From NCBI GenBank assembly GCA_026936335.1, contig JAPMXV010000013.1, positions 183,156-247,155 of the forward strand: a stretch of DNA of 64,000 nucleotides. The letters run 5' to 3'. A model generated the notes under the pieces. That model ran no database searches. It saw nothing but the letters and a program-made list of their open reading frames with translations, and was not told the DNA's origin. Position numbers and translations under genes: made by a program. Shown here piece after piece: positions 7,541-18,424 of this stretch; within the stretch, counting starts at the first letter, position 1, and the number at the start of each line of letters is the position of its first letter. This DNA comes from Mantamonas sphyraenae STR306. Taxonomy: Eukaryota > Protista > CRuMs.

Positions 7541-10500
7541 ATGTTCCGCGCCCAGGCTTTCACGGAACAGGTGGTGAGCAAAGTGAAGGAGCTGGACGGG
7601 GAGGTGGTTGAGCTAGAGAAGCAGCTGAATCGGTATGCAAAGGCGTGCGAAGATATGGTGGCGAGTGCTCGTGCGGTAAGCCAGCTGTTGGTTAGGGTGC
7701 AGCTGATCTGCAACAACAAAGCGCCCCAATACGAGGCCATGCTGGCGTGCAAGGAACGCACTGCGTTGGATGGGGTCGACAACACGCTGTCCATGCGCCA
7801 CGACGAGTTGCAGCAGCTGATCAAGAGCTGGCGGGTGCTGTTGGGCACGTCCAAGGTAAGGAGGAGGGGACAAGGCTGGGAATCTGTGTGCGCTGCTTGC
7901 CTTGCTGCCGCGGCTGCTGACACGGGATCGGGTGCGTGTGTGCTGGCACAGTTGGATATGGCCATTCTCAGCAAGAGCTTGGAAAGCTATGACAAGCACG
8001 AGCGCAACCTGGTCACGTACCTGCAGCGGCCAAAAGGGAAGGCCCAGCAGGAGGCCATGGAAGGCGTTGCCAAGGTAAGATTGGAGGTGTGAGACGAGAC
8101 ACGAGACGTATGGCCAGTGGACGTGTCTGTGAGGCGTACGGTGTTTGCGACCGGGGCTGCGCGTGGGAGAGTGGCGGCGGTGCACAAAGAGGGCCACAGA
8201 ACATCTGACGCTGGAAGAATGGGGCACACAGAGTGCGCGGAGCATGCAGGAACTGCATGGACGACACGAAGAGGCACTGTTGCTCGCTTCCCAGCTGATG
8301 GAGAGCAGCGATCGCATCAACGAGGATGTGTTTGGTCAGGTTCGTGTTTGTTGTGTTGCTTTCGTGCTTGGGAACCGTGCGGGGTGCCTGCCAGCGAGCG
8401 TCGCCTCTTGCGGGTGGACGGCGACCCACACTCAACACTGACACACATCAATCACAGTTTGTAAGTATGGAGACGCTGGTCAGCAAAACGCTGGCTACGG
8501 CGGTTGAAGAGCGGCTCGCAGCGACAATGCCGCCCACAAGTCCGTCTGGCTCGGGCAAATCCGGCACAGCCACACCGTCATCGACACCAGAGCATGTGGA
8601 CAAACGCCGGGCATCGTCCGATGCCAGTTCAGACGCCCCCGAGGAAGACGAGGACGAAGAAGACGACGAAGACGACACCGATCTTGTCGCACAGCCGCTA
8701 GGGTCTCAAGAAGACGACACAGATCACATGGAATGGTGGATGGAACGTACAAACAGCGTGCCTGACCTATCAGATGGCACGTCTGGCGATGGTGAGGGCG
8801 AGAAGAGGCAACTAAGCGCTGAAGACGAGAAGCTGTTGGCGCTGGTCAGCGAGGAGCCGCAGAAGCTCAGGCGGACTTCGGTGAGTGCCAAGCAGGCGCG
8901 TACAAAGGGTATGCAGGACGGGGCGGGCAGTGGAAGAGAGGGGGGAGGGGAAGACGAGGAAACAGAGAACGATGAGGACGATGGAAAAGACGGCGGTGAG
9001 GAGGCAAACAAGCGCATGTCGACCATGCAAATGACACCGACGCTGATCAAGGCTATCAACCGGTCAGCGTCGATGCGCTCGGCGTCGTCGTCGTCGTCGT
9101 CCCTGTCGAGCGAGTCCAGTGTTGGAGCGCGCGTGGAGGCCATGTCACGTACGAAGAAGCGCAACAGCATGCAATTGGCGGCCGCGGTCAATCTGCACAA
9201 CATCAAAGCGAAAACCAATGATGGCACGCTCCCGACACTGGAGAATCTCGTGGACAATCCCGTGTCGCTGTGCTACTTTGTCAAGTTCCTGCAGGACCGC
9301 ACAGTCGTAGAGGCGTACCGCAACACACTGAACAGCAGCATGAAGCGGTCGACCACACACATGGGCAAAGTGGCGGTGTCGGGCACGAATCCAGACGCAG
9401 CGGCAACCGAGTTTTACATTGATGTGCTGTACTTCCGCAAGATGTACAACAAGCTGAATGGGGACAGCGTGGTGCAAGAGGCCAACCGCATCTTTGAGCG
9501 GTATCTGTCGATGGAGACCAAGGCCAAGGTGGCAGGGGTGAGAGACAGCGAACGCCACCGCGTGTTCACCATGGTCATCAACGGCGAGACGAGCGTGGAC
9601 ATGTTTGATGCGGCGGCGGACACGGTGGAGGTGCACATGGCACGCACAGCCATTCCAGACTTTGTACAGAGTGCAGCATTTTCCAATTACCTGCAAATGG
9701 AGAAGCGCATCCAGCAGGATCGAATCGAGGCCGTGGAGAGTGACCTGCGCAAAACCGACGACGCGCGACGAGCCGGATCCACGTCATCGCAAGGCAGCAG
9801 CATCGCAACCACAATGGGTGGATTACTGAGTCCACGAGGAAACAGCAGCAGCAGCAGCAACAGCAGTATGAGCAGTATGGGAGCAGGGGGGGCAGCGACC
9901 GCAGGGTCGATCACAGGGTCAAAGAGCATGCGACATTCACACAGTGCCGACGAAGCAGAGGGATCGTTGAATGTGATAGGATCCACTCCGTCGTCTGGAT
10001 TCTCTCTGCAAGCCCTGAAGCGGTTCACGGGGGCACCGTTTGGCAAGAGCGCGTCGTCGGCCAATCTGTTTGCGTCGACAAACGGGTCTGGCAGTCCGTC
10101 CAACAGCGGGAGAGCACGTGGAAGTGCACGTCGTGGCATGTCGTTGTCACAGCGGTCGGCAGAAAGCCAGCAGATGATGGGAACAGCGGCAGAGATGCTG
10201 AGCAGGTTTGGAACAGCAGGGAGCACGTCGATGATCATGCAGACGCTGGAGCCGTCGGAGCTGGTGTCGTGGAACTTTTCCACGCTGCACCACATGTTTA
10301 CCCCTGATTTCGAGGGCATTCACGTCATGGAGACAAAGGAGATGCGAAGACGCAGCAGGATCGTGTCGTCTCAGAGCGAGAGCACGAGTGCGGAGAGCAG
10401 TGTGGACGAAGAAGAAGCAGCAGCTGCAGCAGGGGTCATGAGTGAAGGTACGTCGTCGTCGGAAGATGAAGGGGACGACGCTCGGGCTATCTGGAGGCCA

Positions 10501-10569
10501 GGCGACTTGGACGAAGCAGAGCCGTGCTCTCGCATTCCTCGCTTCCATTGTCCACGGCCGCAAGGTTAG
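7541..10569 (+). CDS. BAR-like helical N-terminus plus RGS domain protein, 4 exons
   Basis: Exons 7541-7855, 7952-8074 (or 8086), 8232-8339 and 8458-10569, with GT-AG introns and CTGAC branch points. RGS motifs: LENLVDNPVSLCYFVKFL..EFYIDV..ANRIFERYL..MFDAA..IPDFVQS. Confidence 0.72.
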
Positions 10570-10697
10570 CGGGCGGTTCACGTGCGTCGGATGCAGCGAC
10601 TGTGGGCAGCAAACAGACGCAAGCGTCGGATGTGGCATAGGGGAAGGGGAAGGAGAGAGTGTCGCGGCAATGGAAGCAAGAAAAACCTCCTTCCGCA

Positions 10698-11393
10698 ATG
10701 TTTACCCGCTCCCTGCGTCAGACCAAGCGTACGATGGGCGCCCAGGCCAACCGAGGACTGCATACAAGTGCTGTGGTGGACGGCGTGAAAACCTACTTTG
10801 ACGTGGAGATTGACGGCGAGGAAGCTGGTCGCATTACATTCGAGGTGGGTTTCCGGCGCGGGCCTTTGTGTGCTTGGACGGGAGGCAGCTTGCGCCACAG
10901 AGTGCGGTGAGGCGTGGCATAGACTGTGGCGAAGCGACTGACGCTGGTGTGGGATCAGCTGTTTGAGGACGAGGTGCCCAAGACGGCAGAGAACTTTCGC
11001 CAGCTGTGCACGGGCGAGCCCGGCTTCGGCTACAAGGGATCCGTGTTTCATCGGGTGATCCCGCAGTTCATGTGCCAGGGCGGAGACTTTACGAACCACA
11101 ACGGCACAGGCGGAAAGAGCATCTACGGCGCGCGCTTCGAGGACGAAGGGTTTGGCATCAAGCACGACCAACCGGGCCTGTTGAGCATGGCCAACGCAGG
11201 CCCCAACACCAACGGCAGCCAGTTTTTCATCACCACGGTGCCCACGCCGTGGCTGGACGGAGCACACGTGGTGTTTGGCAAGGTGATCGATGGCATGGAC
11301 GTGGTCAAACGCGTCGAGTCGCATGGCTCTGCGCCCGCGGGCCACGTGTCGGCCAAGATGGTCATCGCTGACTGTGGCGAGATTGAAGAGTGA
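10698..11393 (+). CDS. Cyclophilin-type PPIase with probable mitochondrial presequence (CypD-like), 2 exons
   Basis: Exons 10698-10844 and 10959-11393. [58 protein letters not shown]-terminus [22 protein letters not shown] is Arg-rich and has no acidic residues. Confidence 0.95.
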
Positions 11394-11455
11394 TGATGAA
11401 CACGTGTGGCGGCGCAATGAACCCGCGAGGGATTTGTTGTTCAGAGATTCTGTCG

Positions 11456-14400
11456 TCAATCCGTGGCCAATTCGACCAGCAATTGTCGTTTGAGCCGTCC
11501 CACGCGTTCCATGACACCGTCGCCCTCCTTGTGCACACACAATTCGACGTCTGCACCAGCGCGCAGCAGGGCGGTAAACATGTGGTCAAACGTCTCGTCA
11601 CGCTCCATGTCGAGGAGACAGGCGAGAGCGGGACGGCCGCGACGATTGAGGCAATTGACGTCGGCCCCGTTGGCCAAGAGCCAATCAAACACATGCCGGT
11701 TGCCTGTGCGCACGCAAGTGATGAGTGGCGTGCGTCCTTCGTTGTCCTGCAGGTCGAGGTCTGCGCCGTGACGCAGCAGCATGTCGCAGAGTTTGGGCAG
11801 TTGCAACTCATCGTCTTCCGTGAGCATGGTTGCCAACACATGCAGACCGCCCATGCCAAGATTGCCTGTCAGGTTTGCATCCACCTTGACGGTGCCCAGC
11901 AGCCGTTGCAGTTCTCGCAGGTTGCGATCACGCACGGCAAACAGCAGCAGCGGCTCTTTTGTCTGCTCCAGCACACGCACCTCTTCGTCCTCGTCGTCCG
12001 CCGTATGTTGCTCGCTGCGTCCGCCTTTCAAGTATGCTTCCGCGCCGCCGTCGACATCATCGCCCTCGCCTGCGTTGCCTGCATCCACATTGTCGGCCGA
12101 GTGCGCATCGGCCTCGCCCGTGACCTCACAGGCGAGCCGCCACAAATCCGAGGCGTGGGCATAGAAGGAGGTGCCACTGGGCAGGCAGGAGAGAGCCCTG
12201 TACAGTGTGGCTGTCTCGAGCATGCTGATCATGTGGGTGACGTTTGCGGCGTTGCCGTGGCACACATCGGCGAGACAAACGAGGGCCGCAGCTGTCTGCT
12301 CAGCGGTCATGTCCTCACGCGCAAGAAGGGTACACAGCACATCCAAGCCACCCTGTTCACGGAAATACTCCTGGTTTTCGGGCATGTCGTAGCAGGTGGC
12401 AGAGACAAGGCCAAAGTAGGCCGCGTTGCGTGTGGTTGGCTCGTTCGCCAGCTGTCCGATCACTGTACGAAGGGCAGTGCCGCCCAACAGGTCGCGTGCC
12501 TCGGAACTCTCCTTGGCGAGCACAAAAGCCAGGCGCACGGCGCTGTGGCGCAGCGGCGCAGGCTGCCGAGCGTTGAGAAACGGCAGGATGATGGAGGCCG
12601 AGACGGAAGCTGCCACGGCGCCAGCTGCTCGTTTGTTGCGTTTACACAGGGCTACAGCAAGGTCCATAGCAGCCACAAGGTACTCTGTGTCGCGGTGCTG
12701 CAGGTAATGGAGGATGTAGCCGAGGATGCCCGCGTCGAGAGCGGCAGTTTGTACAGAAGGTGCGTCCTGGGCCACGTCGGCCAGGCTGCACAGCAGGCGC
12801 GGTGAAATGCACAGGGAGTCGATAAAGGATACGGCCGCAGAGAGGACGTCGGTTTCGACCATGTGTTCGAGACACACTTCGTCCTGGCGGGCGGCGAAGA
12901 AGATGGCGAGGAGTGCGGTCTCGCGCAGCTTGTAGCGTCCTCGGGTGGCGTTGACAATGTGGTGCAGCATGTCCATGAGGCCCAACTTGACAAAAGCGCG
13001 CTTGAGGTTGAGCTTGTTGTCTGAGCAGGCAGAACAGGTGGCTGCAATGGCCGCGGTGGTGACGTTGACATCGCTGCTCTCCTGGATGACACGCACAAGC
13101 TCAGCCAATCCATCGGCACGGTCGAACTCCAGCTGGTTGCGCAGGTCATCTTCACAAACTTGGATGACGAGGGGCAACACGTGTGCGACGTAGCTGCGGG
13201 GCGCATCGAGCAGCTGCACCATGTGTTCGATGCCGTCGTTCTCTCGCAGCATACTACGATTCTCGCTGTTGTTGTCACACAATGCCCGAGTGCACTCAGC
13301 AGCGACTGGAATTCGGTAAGGCCGGCCACATTGGCACTCTGCTGTTTCATCCCGGGAGTGCTTGGCGACGGCCCTGGCCCCTTTGCACCGCTACCGTCTG
13401 TACTGCTGCCTGGGCTTCGTGGGCTGCTGCTGCTGCCCAAGGCGGCCATCTGCGCAGCCATGCGCTGCCGTTGCAGATGTGCTTTTTGGGCCGCCAGCAT
13501 GCGCGCCCTCCGCGATTGCTTGCGCTCCGCCAACTCCTCGCCTGTCATGGATCGATCGACGGAATTTTTGCGAGCTGGCAGAATGAGCAGAAAGTTGTTG
13601 ATGAGACGGGCCAGCAGACCGGAGGAGCGTGCCAGCTCGCAAAACTGGCGTCCCTCTTGTGCACGTGCGTGCACCTCCGCGTAAGCCTTGAGCCGAATGG
13701 CCAGGATATGCGACGACACGTCTGTGTTGACGCGTCGCAGCATCTCCGATCGGCTCACATTGCCGTACGCGCTGCCCTGGCTCTGGAAAGCGGTGCGTGA
13801 GCGCCTGCGCAGGTAGGCTTTGGTGTGTCCATCCTCGTCGCCCTTGGCCCTCGCTGTCTTGTCTTGTTGCTCATCGCTCTTGAGAGGGGATGGAAGCACG
13901 TCTTCGTGCTTGCCCTGCACGAGGAAGCGCGCATGCTGGTTTTCGCCGCCAAAGCTAGCGCCGTATGATTTGAGTGAGCGCACAGAGTTGGACCAGTCGT
14001 GCGCAGAAACAAGTGCCTTTTGGGTCATCTGAAAGGGTCTGTGCGTGGCCACATGTGTGCGTATGCTGCGGTCAGACTCCTGTCGATCATACTCCTCCTT
14101 TTTGCCATCCCGCGTGCCAGCCATTTGACGTGCGCCCGATGCCGCTTGCTGCCTCCGCCCCCACTTGCACTGTGCCGCGACGTATGTGCAGAATGACCCC
14201 ACATGCTGCCCTGGAGCTGTGTAAGCTCCTGAATGGAGATGGCGGAGGCGTCCATGTCGTCGTCGTCATCGGTGAGCTTGTCACTCGAGTGCCCGCGTGG
14301 GCTGAAGCTGATTCGTGACCGTACGCTGGAGGTGGGCGATTGAGCCTCTGCCAACAGTTGGACACCGAGAGCACGTGCACTGTTGACGCGCGCGTGGAGC

Positions 14401-15197
14401 TCGACATGGTCTTGGTCCAGATTGCTGTAGCGCAGGACGTCCTGGTGCATGCGTGGACTGTGTGTGTATGTGCGTGGCATTTGGTGCTGGTGGTAGAAGC
14501 GTTGTACGCGGATGGGCGGTTCCGGCACGTGGGCATTGATCTGGGAGCTGATGGACAGCAGCACAGGCTGCGCTACTTCAGTGCTCGGGTACGCTTCAAA
14601 CCCGGGAGATGGCATGGTGGCCTTTCGCATGCGTTCCAGCTCCTTCTCATTAGGCTGGCTGCCCTCTCCACGAGCAGACTTTGGCCGCCGGCTTGCGGTG
14701 GAGGCAGACGACGGCCGAGACGACGGGCGTCGCGGCCGCTGGGCACTTTGCGGTCGTCCCTGTACAGAAGTGTTTGTGCTGCGTGCCACAGACCCCTTCT
14801 GGGCACGTCCTCCGTCCAATGTGACCGTGGAATCGCTTGGATTCTGATTGTCGACGTCGTCGTCATCGTCCTGGGGCTCCTGGTCGCGACGGGGGATGAC
14901 GACGGATTCGCTGAGTTTGGAGCTCGACGCGGGCGTGGCGCTGAGCATGACGCCCGGCTTGCTGGATCGTGGACTGGGCGAGTCTGCAAAGACCCTGCCG
15001 TGCGATGGGGCGCTGTTGGGAGTGCTGTGGACCTCGTGGGCGTGGAGAGGACGGTCGAGGAAGTCAAAGGTGCCGTTGGCGCTGGGACTGGGGCGTGTCT
15101 CGCGAGGCATGGTTGCACTTTGGGGCAAATCCATGGCCAACCATGGATCCATGTCCAGGAGGGAGGACACAGTGGGAGCCTTGTCTGTGCTCGACAT
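11456..15197 (-). CDS. Armadillo-repeat plus C-terminal ankyrin-repeat protein with a disordered N-terminus; spans three frames (two unresolved junctions)
   Basis: ORFs 14025..15218, 12652..14202 (part) and 11456..13282 read as one continuous protein. ARM-like repeats (NQEYFREQGGLDVLCTLL) and ankyrin repeats (QDNEGRTPLI..LLANGADVN). Junctions near 14035 and 13282 need an intron or a frameshift. Confidence 0.62.
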
Positions 15198-15229
15198 GGC
15201 TTGCGAGGCGGGCAGCAACAGAAAAAGTG

Positions 15230-16476
15230 ATGCTGCGTTCCGTTTTCTTGGTTGCGGTGGTGATGTGCCTGATTGCAGGCTCCCACGCGCTGTTTTTCAA
15301 CATGGATGCGGTGAGTTGTTAGCATGCGGCGTGCGTGACGCAGACTTGGACACACGGGCAATGCAGGGACAGGGGTGCGGGACGCCGTGGCCAGTTGACG
15401 TGGCAAGGCAGCACACTGACGCCGGCACAATGCGCTCACGCACGGCACACACGGAGCACAGGGCACTTCCCGCTGCTTCGTGGAGGATCTGCCTGCCGAG
15501 ACGCTTGTTCTCGGCACGTACCGTGTGGAGTATGTCAACACGCAGAACGGCCAGGACTACGTGCAGAACGTGGATATGCAGGGCGGCACCGGAGGTGAGT
15601 GGACACGGAGTGCACCGCACCGCCCCAGAGTGCAGAAGCGACCTCCCCTGTGGTAGCAGTCGATGGGTGGCGTAAGCACACTCGGCTGCGGCACAGGGAC
15701 GAGAGAGTGCCTCGTGAGCGAAATGCTGACTCCAATGCGCAGTGCTTTCGGTGACATTCACGGACCCCATGGGCTCCGAGGTGCGCGCCCCGACCAACAA
15801 CATGGGTGGTCGGTTTGCTTTCACCTCCCACGCTTCGGGTGAGCACCAGGTGTGCCTTCAGGCAGCGCCTGCGGGCTCGCGCTGGTTCGGCAGCTCCTCG
15901 CACATTGTACGTTTCCGCCCTCTCCGTGCCTGTAACGGACACCACGGCGCACACCACGCTGTGCAGCCGCTGTGATGCACAGGCCACACTGCTTGCAAGT
16001 CGTTGCACGCAAGTCCAGAGTTTGATGGGTCGTCGTCCCCCATGAAGGGGCGCCGTTCGCATCCTTTGGCGCGCATGACCGTCCTTCCAAGCGCCCTCCC
16101 ACGCGGCAGAACGCGGTCCAAAGCAGCCGAATGTTTTGTCTCGGGACTACGACTGACACCCAATTGCGCGTATCCGCAGCGTGTGCACTTTGAGCTGAAG
16201 CTGGGCGACGATGCCGTGGACTACAAGGATGTGGCCAAGAAGGAGCATCTGGACGATCTGCAGCTCGAGGTCCGCCGCACTCTGGACAAGATTGCAAGCG
16301 TGCGTGCCGAGCAGGACTACCTGCGTGTGCGCGAGCACCGCATGCGCGACACCAGCGAGTCCACAAACTCGCGTGTCATGTGGTGGAGCGTGGCGCAGGT
16401 GGCCATCCTTGTCGTCGCCACCTTTCTGCAGGCCAAGTACCTGTACGACTTTTTCAAGGAGAAGAAGATGGTGTAA
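15230..16476 (+). CDS. p24/TMED alpha-subfamily (TMED4/9-like) GOLD-domain cargo receptor, 4 exons
   Basis: Exons 15230-15310, 15462-15594, 15743-15906 and 16180-16476. Signal peptide, RCFVEDLP, GRFAFTSHASGEHQVCL, EQDYLRVREHRMRDTSESTNSRVMWWS, tail FFKEKKMV. Confidence 0.92.
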
Positions 16477-16520
16477 AGCAATGAACATTGAGCATGAGCA
16501 GTGAAGCGTCGTTTCTCCTG

Positions 16521-18247
16521 TCACACGAGAAAGATGCGCTCCGTGGAGGTGATGGACGTCCTGCAGGCGGCACACAACTCCAGCTGCCGTGCACACCCGT
16601 TGCAAAACACATGGCCGCATGGCTTCAAGATCACGTTTCCTTGCCGATCGAAACACACATTGCACAGTAGCCGCCTGCGCACGGTACCCATGACCCGCTG
16701 CTGTGCCTCCAGCAGCTTGCCGTTGAGTTTCAGCAGCTCATCCAGCGACATTTTGTCCAGCTCACTCTGCTTGGCCTTCATCTGCTTGTTCTCTTGTCGT
16801 AGCTGCTTCACCTTGACCGAAAGTTCCACCGCACGCACCTCCAGTGCAATCATGCGTTTGCGCGAATCGCCCGTCAGCAGACCACCGTCCTCTCCTGCCG
16901 TGGCCATTTCTTCGCTCCCCCAGCTTCGCTGGCTGTCCAATAGCACCACATCACCATCTTCGATTCCATCTGCCAGCGCGTCGTCTCCTTCCTCCTCCTC
17001 GGAGAACAGGTACTGGTCTGTGAGGTCACTGCGTGGTGTTGCTCCAAACGCCAGTGACCGTTCCGAAGACCACGCCGTCAATGGCTCCTCGTCTTCCTCT
17101 TCCTCATCCTGTCTCTGTGCAAACGAGGCTTCCCATTGCCCGGCCTTCTCGTTGTTGAGCGTTGAAAGGTCGAGTTTAAACGCACCGTCCCTTTCGTCGT
17201 CCTCGCTGCCCTCCTGTGTGCGACGCCACGCCTCCACCGCAGCAGATGTGTCCACAGACGAGGCTTTGTGGGCATCCCACTTGCTGCTGTCGCCATCCAA
17301 CCGCCTCTGCGCTCGTGGCGGCTCGACAAAGGTTCCAGCAAACTCGTTCTTTCCGTAGGAGCTGGAGCTGGTCGTCGATGTGGTCGTGGTGGTCGTCTTG
17401 GAACCCAGATGTGCTGCTACTGCTGCTGCTGCTGCTGCTGCTGCCCGCTGCACTCTCCTCTGTTTGATATGTGCGTGCGTACAGCTCACTGACGGCGCTG
17501 GAGGTGGGAGAGTCTTGGAGAGAGTTGCCGTTCATGAACGAGGCGATAAACTCGGAGGATCGCTGCATCCTGTTTGTGCGGCTGCCGTCGTTGCCTTGGC
17601 CTATACCGTCGCCTCCTCCACGGCTGCTGTTGCTTCCATTCCTGCGGTTCTTTGTATGTACAGAGTCGAGCCACGTGCGTTTGCGCGCTTTGATCCCGCT
17701 CGGGGCACAGGCGAGCTCGATGGCCTGCACGAGCTGCGGATGGTCCTTCTTGTGGCGTTGGCCCAGATGGACGACCACTGTCGGATTGTGTGGCAGCATC
17801 TTGAGGATGCGGTTCAATCCAAGGTGGCTGAGCGGATTGTCGTACAGCCAGATGTCCTGTGCAGGGTATGAAGGAAGCAGGGTTAGAAGGACCGAGGAAT
17901 GGAAGGAGGGGGGAGGGGACACACCCCATGCTTACATTCAGCACGGTGTTTGTGCGCAGGGCGTCGCAAAGGTAGCCAACGCCCGTGTCGGTGAGTTTGT
18001 TGCCGCCAAGCCCCAGATACAGCAGCGTGTCGTTGACCAGTAGACACTCGCTTATGTACAATGCCCCCTGGTCTGTGATGCTGTTGCTGTCCAGGTACAG
18101 CTCCTTCACATGCTGGTTGTTTTTGAGCGCATTGGCCAACACAAGCACTTCCTTGTCCCCCACGCCCGCGGCACTCATTGTTACACTCCGTAATCGCTTG
18201 TCATTGTTCTCCAGCCGGTTGAGGGTCTTTGTCAGGTTTCCGCCCAT
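16521..18247 (-). CDS. Possibly N-myristoylated RNI-type LRR plus C-terminal RING (IAP-type C3HC4) E3 ligase; one unresolved frame change near 17350
   Basis: Start MGGNL. LRRs (LANALKNNQHVKELYLDSNSITDQGA). Intron 17935-17857. C-terminus CNVCFDRQGNVILKPCGHVFCNGCARQLELCAACR. Confidence 0.7.
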
Positions 18248-18424
18248 TGCTGGCGGTCCTGTACGTGTTGCTTTTGCTCGGCAAGCGTGTGCGTGCCCAC
18301 ACAGGCATCCATGGGCGGATTGTGGAGTCTGTGCACCATCATCGCCTCCACGCGTCCCGTGTGCGCACGCTTGCACATCAGCCCGTTTCGGAGGAGTGCG
18401 CACGGTGCGCGCGACACACCAAGG

